From contig JAPOYL010000009.1 of NCBI GenBank assembly GCA_026706595.1, positions 22,687-86,686 on the forward strand: 64,000 bases of DNA, given 5' to 3'. Positions 10,380 through 19,657 of the stretch are shown one piece after another. The notes under the pieces were generated by a model. That model saw only the letters and a program-made list of their open reading frames with translations. It was not told where the DNA came from and searched no databases. The translations under genes were made by a program, and so were the position numbers. The stretch comes from Gammaproteobacteria bacterium. GTDB taxonomy: Bacteria > Pseudomonadota > Gammaproteobacteria > UBA4575. Position 1 is the first letter of the stretch; the number at the start of each line of letters is the position of its first letter.

Positions 10380-11437
10380 TGATAGGCGGGACTGAACTCC
10401 CTGACTGCATCCACCAGCACCGTGACTTTGTCCGGGTTCACAAATTGCTGTATGCCATGGCCCAGGTTGAAGACGTGACCGCTGCCCTTGCCGTATTTCT
10501 TCAGCACGTTCTGTACCTCACGTCGAATGACCGGGTCCGGAGCATACAATACGGCCGGATCCAGGTTGCCTTGCAACGCGACTTTTGAGCCTACCTGCGC
10601 CCGGGCCTGATCCAGTTCCGTAGTCCAGTCGAGCCCCACCGCATGGCATCCGCTGGACGCCAAATCCACCAGCTCATGCCCGACCCCCTTGGTGAACAAA
10701 ATGATCGGAACCGTGTTTGGCGTCTCGAGTCGTGACAGTTCCGAGACAATGTGCTGCATGGGTCCCAGGGAGTATTTCAGGTAGGCATCCCGCGATAGCA
10801 CGCCGCCCCAGGTGTCAAAGACCATCACGGCCTGTGCGCCAGCATGGATCTGGGCCAACAGATAGTCGGCCGTCACCTGACTCAGTATCTCGAGCAGGCG
10901 TTCAAGAATGTCCGGCTGAGTGTAGAGCAGGCTCTTGATTTTGCGGAACTCGCGGCTGGTTTCGCCCTCCACCATGTAGGTTGCAAGCGTCCATGGACTT
11001 CCAGTGAATCCGATCAGCGGAACCCGTCCGTTCAGTTCATGCCGGACCATGCGAACCGCATCGCACACGTATCCCAGGCCTTCCATGGGTCGTGTGCGGG
11101 CGATGCGCTCCACGTCTTTCATGCTCGATACGGGTCTTGCAAACCACGGTCCCTCACCTTCACTGAAGGAAAGGCCCAGGCCCATCGCGTCCGGAATGGT
11201 CAGGATATCCGAAAACAGGATTGCCGCATCGAGATCGAAACGTTCCACCGGCTGCAGCGTGACCTCACACGCCAGTTCCGGAGTTTTGCAAAGGGTCAGG
11301 AATCCGCCGGCCCGCTTGCGTGTGGCCCGGTATTCTGGCAGATAGCGGCCTGCCTGGCGCATGATCCACAGGGGTGTACGCGGGACCGGTTTTTTGAGCA
11401 GTGCCCGGATCAGAACATCGTTTTGTAGGGGCGGCAT
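10376..11437 (-). CDS. hemE: Uroporphyrinogen decarboxylase
   Basis: N-terminal 'NDVLIRALLKKPVPRTPLWIMRQAGRYLPEY' and a 353-aa length. Confidence 0.92.
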   Translation of the reverse strand: MPPLQNDVLIRALLKKPVPRTPLWIMRQAGRYLPEYRATRKRAGGFLTLCKTPELACEVTLQPVERFDLDAAILFSDILTIPDAMGLGLSFSEGEGPWFARPVSSMKDVERIARTRPMEGLGYVCDAVRMVRHELNGRVPLIGFTGSPWTLATYMVEGETSREFRKIKSLLYTQPDILERLLEILSQVTADYLLAQIHAGAQAVMVFDTWGGVLSRDAYLKYSLGPMQHIVSELSRLETPNTVPIILFTKGVGHELVDLASSGCHAVGLDWTTELDQARAQVGSKVALQGNLDPAVLYAPDPVIRREVQNVLKKYGKGSGHVFNLGHGIQQFVNPDKVTVLVDAVREFSPAYH

Positions 11438-11549
11438 GGCGCTTTGAGTATAGCGGCAAACAGGGATTTAGAACCAGAGCGATGCCGCTCGCTGTACATC
11501 GCGTACCCGCAGTGCGGGCATATCGTCAGGGTTACAGCTTTGAAGGGAT

Positions 11550-11765
11550 TCAGTAAAGCCGTCGTCGTCGCAGGCTGGTTCGTGCTACGCGCTTCAGGTT
11601 GCGCTTGACCGCAGCTGCCGCTTTGCGTTTGCGGACCTCGGTAGGCTTTTCATAGTATTCACGTCGGCGTACTTCAGTAATGATTCCCGCTTTTTCGCAG
11701 GAGCGTCGAAATCGCCGCAAGGCAAAGTCGAACGGTTCATTTTCTTTTACACGTACACCGGGCAT
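11550..11765 (-). CDS. rpsU: 30S ribosomal protein S21
   Basis: '[28 protein letters not shown]...', 71 aa. Confidence 0.95.
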   Translation of the reverse strand: MPGVRVKENEPFDFALRRFRRSCEKAGIITEVRRREYYEKPTEVRKRKAAAAVKRNLKRVARTSLRRRRLY

Positions 11766-12149
11766 TCAATACTGTCCTGATCCTAAGATGCTCAAACCAA
11801 AAAGAACCGCGATTATACCGGCAGGTTCCTATATTTCAAATATATTTTGAGCAAAAACAATCTATTCGGTTCTCTCAAGGATTTTGTGGATTTGCCATGA
11901 GTATGACCATGCCAAGGAGAAGAGCAGTCCGCGTGAACCATCTGGCGATTGTTCCAAAAGCAAGTGAAAGCGGTTTCTTCATGAAAGGTGTTATTTGCAT
12001 GGCAAAAGGAGACTAATAACGAGCAATTTGGACTGCAAACAGGACTAGGGGAAGTGAAATCCATTCTTTCGTGCCTTGTTACGGGTTCTGTGAACAGCCG
12101 ACAAGATACATGCTATGTTTGCCGAAACGAATCACACCAAGCTGTCTGC

Positions 12150-13160
12150 ATGCGAGTACTGGGCATTGAAACCTCTTGCGACGAAACCGCCGTTGCCGTG
12201 ATCTGTGAACACCAGGGACTGCTGGCCCACCATCTGTATTCGCAGTCTGCCCTGCACAGTGAATATGGGGGCGTGGTTCCGGAACTGGCCTCACGCGATC
12301 ATATCCGAAAGCTCGGGCCCCTGATCCAGACCGCAATGCGCGCAGCACGACTGTCCCTGAGAGAGGACATCGATGCTGTGGCCTATACCTCGGGGCCGGG
12401 ATTGATGGGAGCCCTGATGGTGGGCGCAGGACTGGGCCGTACCCTGGCCTTTGCGCTCGACAAGCCTGCCGTGGCGGTTCATCACATGGAGGCCCACTTG
12501 CTCGCACCTCTGCTGGAAGATGCTGCCCCCGACTGCCCGTATGTGGCGTTGCTGGTCTCGGGAGGACACACCTTGCTGGTCGAGGTCCGCTCGGTTGCAC
12601 GCTATGCCGTGCTGGGAGAGAGCATCGACGATGCCGTCGGCGAGGCTTTTGACAAAGTGGCGTTGATGCTGGGTCTAGGTTACCCGGGTGGGCCGCAGAT
12701 CCAGCGACTGGCCAGGCAGGGCGACCCGGAGCGCTTCGTATTTCCCCGCCCGATGGTGAACCGCGCAGGGCTTGATTTCAGTTTCAGCGGGCTGAAGACT
12801 CATGTGCTGAACACCCTGAAAGGTCTTGCAAAGCCGGATCACCAAGCCCGTGCCGATGTGGCGCGTGCTTTCGAGGATGCGGTTGTGGACACCCTGAGAA
12901 TCAAGTCTACGCGTGCGATCGAGCACACGGGTGCGAAGACGCTGGTCGTGGCGGGGGGCGTCGGCGCGAACCAGAAGCTGCGCCAACAGCTGATGCAGCG
13001 ACTGGGCGAGCAAGGCGTGAAGGTGATCTTTCCGGCTCCAGAATTCTGCACCGACAATGCTGCCATGGTTGCACAGTTGGGTCTGTTGAGGCTGCAAAGC
13101 GGAAGCCGGGAGCCGCTGCAGATCCGTGTTCAGCCGCGCTGGGCGCTCGAAGAAATCTGA
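12150..13160 (+). CDS. tsaD: tRNA N6-adenosine threonylcarbamoyltransferase
   Basis: '[17 protein letters not shown]' at an internal ATG of the longer ORF. It is divergent from rpsU, as in E. coli. Confidence 0.9.
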   Translation: MRVLGIETSCDETAVAVICEHQGLLAHHLYSQSALHSEYGGVVPELASRDHIRKLGPLIQTAMRAARLSLREDIDAVAYTSGPGLMGALMVGAGLGRTLAFALDKPAVAVHHMEAHLLAPLLEDAAPDCPYVALLVSGGHTLLVEVRSVARYAVLGESIDDAVGEAFDKVALMLGLGYPGGPQIQRLARQGDPERFVFPRPMVNRAGLDFSFSGLKTHVLNTLKGLAKPDHQARADVARAFEDAVVDTLRIKSTRAIEHTGAKTLVVAGGVGANQKLRQQLMQRLGEQGVKVIFPAPEFCTDNAAMVAQLGLLRLQSGSREPLQIRVQPRWALEEI

Positions 13161-13763
13161 CTAATCCTCCCCCAACCGGGTCTCCCTGCCTGCAAGCAGG
13201 TCACGGATGTTGCTGACATGCCGCCAGAAGATCAGGGCGGTGATGACCGAAAGGGCACCAGCGGTCCACATTTGATCCGACGGCGTGACAAGCACGAGGA
13301 CGAAGGTGACCGACATGGCGGTCATGGCGGCCACGGACGAATACCTGAACACCAAGGCAGTGGCCAGCCAGACGAGGGCCCAAAACACGCCAAGCAGCCA
13401 GTCCATGGCCAGCAGCACACCCAATGTGGTCGCTACCCCTTTGCCGCCCCGAAAGTGATAATAGACCGGGAAGATATGACCCAGCAGTGCTGCCAGGCCC
13501 ACTGCCGCAACCAGCCGAGGGTCGTCCGTGACCACGGTGGTCAGCAGGACCGGCAGATAGCCTTTCAGGAGATCGCCCAGTAGCGTGATCGCTGCAGCCG
13601 GTATGCTGCCGACGCGCAACACATTGGTGGCACCGGGGTTACCGGATCCTGCAGTCCTAGGGTCGGGCAGACGCAGGGCCTTGCTGGACAGCACTGCACT
13701 GTTGATTGAGCCCAGTAGATATGCCGCAATGACCGCTGCGATCTGAAGAAGGATTACACCCAT
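13161..13763 (-). CDS. plsY: Glycerol-3-phosphate acyltransferase PlsY
   Basis: 'LGSINSAVL...LPDPRTAGSGNPGATNVLR'. The start is chosen at the internal Met (MGVILLQ). Confidence 0.85.
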   Translation of the reverse strand: MGVILLQIAAVIAAYLLGSINSAVLSSKALRLPDPRTAGSGNPGATNVLRVGSIPAAAITLLGDLLKGYLPVLLTTVVTDDPRLVAAVGLAALLGHIFPVYYHFRGGKGVATTLGVLLAMDWLLGVFWALVWLATALVFRYSSVAAMTAMSVTFVLVLVTPSDQMWTAGALSVITALIFWRHVSNIRDLLAGRETRLGED

Positions 13764-13773
13764 CCGAGGTACC

Positions 13774-14544
13774 GTGTCAAAACTGTATTGTTCAAAATCC
13801 GGCCAAGGTCCGAATCTTGTATTGTTGCATGGATGGGGGTCGAGTTCGAAAATCTGGCACAAGGTGGCCGGCGATCTGGCCTTGAAATATCAAGTCTGGT
13901 GCGTCGATCTGCCGGGACACGGACACAGTCATGCCATGCACTGGGATTGCAGCACCGAACAGGGGATGCAGTTGCTTGCCGACGTGTTACCCCCTGCTGC
14001 CAGCTTCCTCGGCTGGTCCTTGGGGGGGCTGTGGGCCTTGCTGTATGCCAGGCAGTATCCTGATCGGGTCGTCGATGTGATGCTCGTTTCAAGTGCTCCA
14101 AGATTCACTGCGACACAGGAGTGGCCACATGGCATGGCACAGACGGAATTGCTGGATTTTTCGCGGCAGTTTTCGAAGGCCCCACAGCAGACCCTGAAAA
14201 AATTCTGTTCGCTGCAGGCTATCAACAGTGATCGCGCAAAACCCACGCTTGTTGCATTGCGCAGTGCCTTGTCCAGTTCCCCTGTCCATACCGGGAATAT
14301 CGCCTGGGGTTTGAAATGGCTGGAGCAGGTCGATCTGCGCTCAGACAGCAGGCTTTCGCATCTGCCTGTGGACTTGCTGCATGGTGAGGAGGATCAGGTG
14401 TTGCCTGTCGACACCGCCGAGGGTACGAATCGCATTTGGCCACATGCGCGAGTCGAGCGCATTCCAAAGGCCGGGCATGCTCCGTTTGTTTCACATCCCG
14501 AACAGTTTTTGCAGTGGGTAGCCCAAAGGAAAATCCATGAGTGA
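13774..14544 (+). CDS. bioH: Pimeloyl-ACP methyl ester carboxylesterase
   Basis: An alpha/beta hydrolase with 'LVLLHGWGSSSKIW' and 'GWSLGG', directly upstream of bioC. Confidence 0.75.
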   Translation: MSKLYCSKSGQGPNLVLLHGWGSSSKIWHKVAGDLALKYQVWCVDLPGHGHSHAMHWDCSTEQGMQLLADVLPPAASFLGWSLGGLWALLYARQYPDRVVDVMLVSSAPRFTATQEWPHGMAQTELLDFSRQFSKAPQQTLKKFCSLQAINSDRAKPTLVALRSALSSSPVHTGNIAWGLKWLEQVDLRSDSRLSHLPVDLLHGEEDQVLPVDTAEGTNRIWPHARVERIPKAGHAPFVSHPEQFLQWVAQRKIHE

Positions 14545-15424
14545 GCATGCGGACATAAAAAAGCAGCGTGTGCGCGATGATTTCTCGAAAGCTGTTGCCA
14601 GTTACGATACTGCTGCAGTGCTGCAACACGAGGTGTGTGAACGCACTCTTGAACGCGTGGACATGCTCAAGCTCCAGCCTCGGCGTGTGCTTGATGTCGG
14701 AACTGCAACCGGTCGCAGCCTGAAGGGCCTCGCTTCCCGTTTTCCCAACAGTTCAATGGTTGCCTGCGATCTTGCCTTGCCCATGCTGTTGTGGTGTCGT
14801 CGACATCACGATGCCGAGTACACGAATGCACTCGTGTGCAATGATGCAGAACAGCTGCCTTTTGCAGATGGATCGGTCGACCTGGTTTTTTCTTCCTCAA
14901 CGTTTCAGTGGTGTGTGAACCTGCCGCAGGTATTTTCCGAATGCATGCGAGTGCTGCGCATCGACGGTGTGCTGATATTTTCCACATTCGGGCCTGACAC
15001 CCTGCACCAGTTACGTGACAGTTTTGCGAGACTGGATGATTACCGGCATGTGCACGAGTTTGTCGACATGCACCATATCGGCGACATGCTGTTGGCAGAA
15101 CAATTTACAGACCCGGTCGTTGACATGGAGATGATCGATATTCAATATCAATCCCTGTTGCAGCTGCTGCAGGATCTGAAAAACACCGGTAGCCGTGGAA
15201 AATTTGGCTCCGCGCACGTCACGCCTACGGGGTTGATGGGAAGACAGAAATACCGCTCGCTGGTGCAGGCTTACGAAGAGTACCGTCAGGATAACGGCAT
15301 GCTTCCGGCAAGCTACGAGGTGATCTACGGCTATGCCCGCAAGTCGGCGAAGCCTGTATCAGAAGCAGCGGACGACAACGAGGTCAGGATACCGGTCGAC
15401 CACCTGCAAGGCAGAAACCGATAG
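14537..15424 (+). CDS. bioC: Malonyl-ACP O-methyltransferase
   Basis: A SAM-dependent methyltransferase with motif I 'VLDVGTATGRS'. It overlaps bioH by 8 nt. Confidence 0.75.
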   Translation: MSEHADIKKQRVRDDFSKAVASYDTAAVLQHEVCERTLERVDMLKLQPRRVLDVGTATGRSLKGLASRFPNSSMVACDLALPMLLWCRRHHDAEYTNALVCNDAEQLPFADGSVDLVFSSSTFQWCVNLPQVFSECMRVLRIDGVLIFSTFGPDTLHQLRDSFARLDDYRHVHEFVDMHHIGDMLLAEQFTDPVVDMEMIDIQYQSLLQLLQDLKNTGSRGKFGSAHVTPTGLMGRQKYRSLVQAYEEYRQDNGMLPASYEVIYGYARKSAKPVSEAADDNEVRIPVDHLQGRNR

Positions 15425-15518
15425 GCATGAAGTCGGTACCGAAACGAAGTCATAGACCCTTATCTGCCAGGGCAGTCCGGGCTGCTGTACGAAGGAAAAT
15501 TCAGGACTGAAGATATGC

Positions 15519-16559
15519 ATGAGTGTAACAGGCCATATGGACAATAAGCGCAGGAACAGGTTCCGAAACCTGGCACTGGTCAGCTGTGCACTGGCTTTGC
15601 TGGTGGTGGTGCTGGGGGCCTATGTGCGTCTTTCCGATGCTGGACTGGGTTGCCCGGACTGGCCGGGTTGCTATGGCCACCTGCTCGGTGTTCCGGAATC
15701 GGAGCAGGAAATCTTGCAGGCCAACCGCGCCTTCCCGCAGCGTGCAGTGGAAGCGGACAAAGCCTGGAAAGAGATGGCTCATCGCTATTTCGCAGGCGTA
15801 CTTGGTATTCTGATCGCGGCTCTTGCCGTAATGGCCCTGCGCAATCGTAAGGATCCGGGACAGCCCGTGGGCCTGCCAGTGTTTTTGGTAGGCCTGGTGA
15901 TTTTTCAGGCCCTGCTCGGGATGTGGACGGTGACCCTGTTGCTCAAACCGGTGATTGTCATGCTGCACCTGCTCGGGGGCTTTGCCGTGTTGTCGTTCCT
16001 GTGGTGGGTGTACCTGGACACCGGTACCGAGCGGCTGATCTACCGGCAACGCCTCAGCCACGCAGTATTGCCGATGCTGGTAGCAGGATTGTTGCTATTG
16101 ATCGGCCAGATCATTCTGGGTGGCTGGACCAGCGCAAATTATGCAGCACTGGCCTGTATTGATTTTCCAACCTGCCAGGGACAATGGTGGCCACCCATGG
16201 ATTTCAAGGAAGGCTTCGTGTTCTGGCGTGGCCTCGGCACCAACTATGAATTCGGGGTGCTGGATAACCCGGCGCGCACGGCCATACACCTGAGTCATCG
16301 ATACATGGCAGTCGTGGTGGCTGCCTACTGGCTAGTATTGTTGATTTACCTGTTGACCACGAGCAATGCCACCGCGTCGCTGCGCATCGCCAGTGTCGTG
16401 ACCTTGCTGTTGCTGTTGGGCCAGTTGACGCTGGGGGTATCGAATATCGTGCTGCACCTGCCAATCGCGGTGGCCGTCATGCACAACGGTGGCGCGGTCT
16501 TGCTGCTGCTCAGCGTGGTGACCCTGGTGTATCTTGCCCACAGCGAGGCGGGCCGCTGA
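15519..16559 (+). CDS. ctaA: Heme A synthase (COX15/CtaA family)
   Basis: 'CPDWPGCYGH' motif with multiple TM helices. Confidence 0.8.
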   Translation: MSVTGHMDNKRRNRFRNLALVSCALALLVVVLGAYVRLSDAGLGCPDWPGCYGHLLGVPESEQEILQANRAFPQRAVEADKAWKEMAHRYFAGVLGILIAALAVMALRNRKDPGQPVGLPVFLVGLVIFQALLGMWTVTLLLKPVIVMLHLLGGFAVLSFLWWVYLDTGTERLIYRQRLSHAVLPMLVAGLLLLIGQIILGGWTSANYAALACIDFPTCQGQWWPPMDFKEGFVFWRGLGTNYEFGVLDNPARTAIHLSHRYMAVVVAAYWLVLLIYLLTTSNATASLRIASVVTLLLLLGQLTLGVSNIVLHLPIAVAVMHNGGAVLLLLSVVTLVYLAHSEAGR

Positions 16560-16568
16560 CGAAGAGAA

Positions 16569-17432
16569 TCAGCTAGCGACTGCAGCCTTAAGCGCCTGGA
16601 TGGCGTTGCTTTCCAACTGGCGTATGCGCTCTGCCGAAACCTTGTACTTGGCAGCCAGGTCCTGCAGGGTGGAGCGCTTCTCACTCAACCAGCGCTGCGT
16701 GATGATGTCCCGGCTACGCTCATCCAGCACGGTCAGTGCGGCTTGCAGTTGCCGTACCTGATGGGATTCCCAGTCCTCATGTTCAATCTGCAGTTCAGGG
16801 TTGTCTTCTTCATGGCTTAGGTAGGCCGCCGGTGCAAAGTGACCGGGCTCATCCTTGTGCTCATCATGATCCTGGTCAAAACCGAGGTCGTGACTGCTGA
16901 GCCGCTTTTCCATCTCCACCACTTCACTGCGCTTGACGCCCAGTTCCTTGGCTACCGTATCCACCTCATCCTGATTCAGCCAGGCCAGGCGTTTCTTGGA
17001 GTTGCGCAAGTTGAAAAACAGCTTGCGCTGGGCCTTGGTGGTTGCAACTTTGACAATGCGCCAGTTGCGCAGTACGAACTCATGAATCTCGGCACGAATC
17101 CAGTGCACCGCAAACGAGACCAGGCGCACACCCTTGTGCGGGTTGAAGCGGTTGACGGCCTTCATCAGCCCGACATTGCCTTCCTGGACCAGATCCGCAA
17201 GCGGCAGACCATATCCCAGGTAGCCGCGCGCCACATGAATCACGAACCGCAGGTTGTGAATGATCAGAGTGCGTGCCGCATCCAGATCGTTATCTTCATA
17301 CAGGCGCAGCGCCAGGGCATGCTCCTCTTCCATGCTCAGCACCGGAATCTGCAGCGTCGAGGCGATGTAGCCGTCCAGGTTGGCGGTGGAAATCGCCGTT
17401 GAAGCTTGCAAGGGTTGTATGGTGGTCGTCAC
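16569..17432 (-). CDS. rpoH: RNA polymerase sigma-32 (heat-shock sigma factor)
   Basis: RpoH box 'QRKLFFNLR', region 2 'LIIHNLRFVIHVARGY', and a GTG start preceded by a GGAGAA RBS. Confidence 0.93.
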   Translation of the reverse strand: MTTTIQPLQASTAISTANLDGYIASTLQIPVLSMEEEHALALRLYEDNDLDAARTLIIHNLRFVIHVARGYLGYGLPLADLVQEGNVGLMKAVNRFNPHKGVRLVSFAVHWIRAEIHEFVLRNWRIVKVATTKAQRKLFFNLRNSKKRLAWLNQDEVDTVAKELGVKRSEVVEMEKRLSSHDLGFDQDHDEHKDEPGHFAPAAYLSHEEDNPELQIEHEDWESHQVRQLQAALTVLDERSRDIITQRWLSEKRSTLQDLAAKYKVSAERIRQLESNAIQALKAAVAS

Positions 17433-17486
17433 AGTTCTCTGGTTCTCCCCAGTTGGAGCGTTTGTTCAATCTTCATCAGGGCTATA

Positions 17487-17513
17487 TTAGCACTCTTTTA
17501 TATAGAGTGCTAA
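17487..17513. promoter_or_regulatory. CIRCE operator (HrcA-binding inverted repeat) upstream of rpoH
   Basis: An exact TTAGCACTC-N9-GAGTGCTAA, 55 bp upstream of the rpoH GTG. Confidence 0.8.
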
Positions 17514-17516
17514 TAT

Positions 17517-17524
17517 TTTTAGTT
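17517..17524. repeat. Target-site duplication, left copy (TTTTAGTT)
   Basis: An identical octamer lies immediately outside both inverted repeats (the other copy is at 21113..21120). Confidence 0.75.
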
Positions 17525-17550
17525 GGGGCTTATATACGTAAGTTACCGGA
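17525..17550. repeat. Left terminal inverted repeat GGGGCTTATATACGTAAGTTACCGGA
   Basis: Matches the reverse complement of 21087..21112. Subterminal partial copies occur at 17735..17745 and 17786..17795. Confidence 0.75.
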
Positions 17551-17935
17551 TTCTGAGCAGTTTTCCCTACCTGAACTCGGGTTCCATGCTGTCGCCCAGG
17601 ACGCGCAGGGCAAACGGTTCCGAATTGGCGCACCCGCCATGATCGGCGAGGTCAGCCTGTAGACCGCGAACAAGTACTGCCATCGTATCCGGACCCTCGG
17701 TGCCTCATTAAAAAATTTTATCAATAATTTTTTGTTTATAAGCTCTGGGTATTCTTGGGGCATTTGGAAAAAATACTAAGATTTCAAGCTTATATGATTT
17801 TGCCCACTTCTTGTGTTCGGAGTCTGGCATCCACACAATCCATTGTGTACAATCACTGCCATACGCATTGCGTAATCGACCAACAAAAAGCGAGGAAAAC
17901 GTCATGGAGCAAATGATTCAAAGTGAGGTGGAAAA

Positions 17936-18044
17936 GCGCCGGTAGCTAAAGAGGCATAAGCACATACTGGCGTGGCGTTCAATTCCCGTCAGGCATGGTC
18001 GTAGCACTAGCTGCGTGCCGGTTCGAGTCCGGTCCGGCGCACCA
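17936..18044 (+). other. tRNA/tmRNA 3'-end-like element (T-arm GGTTCGAGTCC, 7-nt acceptor strand, discriminator A, CCA); not a complete tRNA
   Basis: The T-stem-loop 18017..18033 and acceptor 3' strand 18034..18040 could pair with GCGCCGG at 17936..17942. The 109-nt span cannot be folded into a canonical cloverleaf. Confidence 0.3.
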
Positions 18045-18077
18045 TCTTACAAAAATTCAAATCTGAACGAAGACACA

Positions 18078-18218
18078 TCAAGTCTTCTTTCTTTTCCCAG
18101 CAGCAAAGATCGCCTTTGCTACATATTCAGGACTTTCATCAATCTTCAGAACACGGGTTTTCGGTCTGCCACGTGGCAGTTTTTCCTGTGCAGTCTTCTT
18201 TGGATTAGTCTTACCCAT
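18078..18218 (-). CDS. AT-hook micro-protein (46 aa), paralog 1
   Basis: '...LPRGRPKTRVLKIDESPEYVAKAIFAAGKRKKT'. It shares the RGRP...SPE(Y/N)(V/I)AKAI(F/M) core with 18774..18965. Confidence 0.5.
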   Translation of the reverse strand: MGKTNPKKTAQEKLPRGRPKTRVLKIDESPEYVAKAIFAAGKRKKT

Positions 18219-18320
18219 TAAAAAGAAGTATAGGGTTTTAGTCTGTGTTAGTAAATTGGCTAATTGATTGGCATCGCATGATTATCTATGCTTGTCTATA
18301 GTTTCCTACTAGGACATAAA

Positions 18321-18515
18321 ATGGATAAAAGTAATTTAAATAATCTAGATGGTGAGTTGAACGCTCTAGCTGATTTCATAGTCAACTTTGTCGGAGTCTC
18401 AGGTCTAAAAATTCAAATGATCCAAAAGCTCAAATCTGGCTTAACGAAAGATGTTAAAGGTACAGACTATGAAGCTAGGTTGCAGTATTTCATAAAACAA
18501 TTAGAAAAACTCTGA
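18321..18515 (+). CDS. Hypothetical small helical protein
   Basis: An ORF in AT-rich cargo DNA with no recognisable motif. Confidence 0.25.
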   Translation: MDKSNLNNLDGELNALADFIVNFVGVSGLKIQMIQKLKSGLTKDVKGTDYEARLQYFIKQLEKL

Positions 18516-18773
18516 CGCATCTTATTTGGGAAATATAAAGATTAGGGGTTTATATACTTGTTTACCTATCGGACTAATGCTTCTGGGATCTTTCCCACAC
18601 AACTCCTTCTTTTCTACAAATCCTTTTAATGTCTCTTCCTTTCATCTGTAAAAAATGCACTCCTTCCTTTTGTTTTTAATATTGCCAATAATTCGCTATT
18701 AAGTTATTTCCATAGTGATTACCACTTCAACTGTATCTTCTGGACTATAAGTTTCTTCCACAAGTTTCTCCTT

Positions 18774-18965
18774 TCAATCCTCTTTCAGATAATCCCAGTC
18801 TTTCTTCGGAGACCCCTTCATAATTGCCTTGGCAATGTTCTCCGGGCTGTCTGGCACTTTAGGAGGCATTTTCTTGGTCACAGGCCGACCCCGCTTGTGA
18901 GCCTTTACCTTCAATGTCTTTTTGCCTTTAACCTGCTTCATCTCTATACTTTCCTCTAACGACAT
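18774..18965 (-). CDS. AT-hook micro-protein (63 aa), paralog 2
   Basis: '...KAHKRGRPVTKKMPPKVPDSPENIAKAIMKG...'. It is Lys-rich. Confidence 0.55.
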   Translation of the reverse strand: MSLEESIEMKQVKGKKTLKVKAHKRGRPVTKKMPPKVPDSPENIAKAIMKGSPKKDWDYLKED

Positions 18966-19124
18966 TCATGTAGATACCCTGGTCGGGTTATCTGCTTAAT
19001 ACAATAGCCATTTACGCATCAGGGTAGCTCCCTGATGTTTGGTAAAGAGGCGGAACCTCTCCGTACTTCTACGTGGATGTCGTATGACCCGGCACCATGC
19101 ACGTAACAAAAAGGAGAGGTGGTC

Positions 19125-19424
19125 ATGCGTTCTTTCAATATTCTCGTCATTTCAATTCTCATAAGCGGGTGTGCTACTAGCAATTATTTCGTTGCCACTG
19201 GCAGTCGCGCGGATGGAACGGTTGAGGTGGCCTGCAACTACGACATGTTTAATATTTGCAAACACGATGGGAGTCCCAATGGATCCAGCGCAGCCGGTCA
19301 AGCTTGCCGAAGTTGGGGATATGACGGTGCCCGCTCTTTTGGAGGTTATACCAACCAACCTAGATATGACGGTACAGGCCAGGTAAGAATCCTGTACCAG
19401 TGTTATGGTGATCCTGAGAAGTAA
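19125..19424 (+). CDS. Small lipoprotein (Cys-rich, about 100 aa)
   Basis: Signal peptide plus lipobox 'LISGC', with an AAGGAGAG RBS 8 nt upstream of the ATG. Confidence 0.6.
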   Translation: MRSFNILVISILISGCATSNYFVATGSRADGTVEVACNYDMFNICKHDGSPNGSSAAGQACRSWGYDGARSFGGYTNQPRYDGTGQVRILYQCYGDPEK

Positions 19425-19434
19425 GGGGAGAAAC

Positions 19435-19608
19435 ATGGAATACATCATCCCTTACCTTTTTGCCTTTGGCCTTTGTGGTTTGCTGGCTTTTGCAATACAG
19501 GGAGAAAATTCTGAAGGGAAAGGATTAGCCTTTGCCTTGGGATTTCTGTTTGGACCTTTAGGAATTCTCATTGTGTTGATCACGAAACTAGCAAAGACAA
19601 AGAAATAA
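19435..19608 (+). CDS. Two-helix mini membrane protein (57 aa)
   Basis: 'MEYIIPYLFAFGLCGLLAFAIQG...GFLFGPLGILIVLITKLAKTKK'. An AGGGGAG RBS follows immediately after the lipoprotein stop. Confidence 0.5.
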   Translation: MEYIIPYLFAFGLCGLLAFAIQGENSEGKGLAFALGFLFGPLGILIVLITKLAKTKK

Positions 19609-19657
19609 AAACTCATGCCACTCTGATAACATAGCCAAAATTAATTAGGAAATCTTG

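Noticed and set aside
11988-12149. An N-terminal extension of tsaD from the first ATG of the ORF.
   Set aside because: The conserved TsaD N-terminus ([13 protein letters not shown]) begins at the internal ATG at 12150. The upstream extension is AT-rich and non-conserved.
17936-18044. A call as an intact tRNA gene (possibly tRNA-Sec, given the nearby SelD).
   Set aside because: A 109-nt span is too long. Neither a D-arm nor a 5-bp anticodon stem with a 7-nt loop can be built. Only the T-arm, acceptor and CCA are tRNA-like. It is kept as a tRNA-like fragment.
18015-18221. A 68-aa plus-strand ORF overlapping the AT-hook gene.
   Set aside because: It has no motif. The minus-strand 46-aa frame has a conserved paralog at 18774..18965, so the minus strand is preferred.
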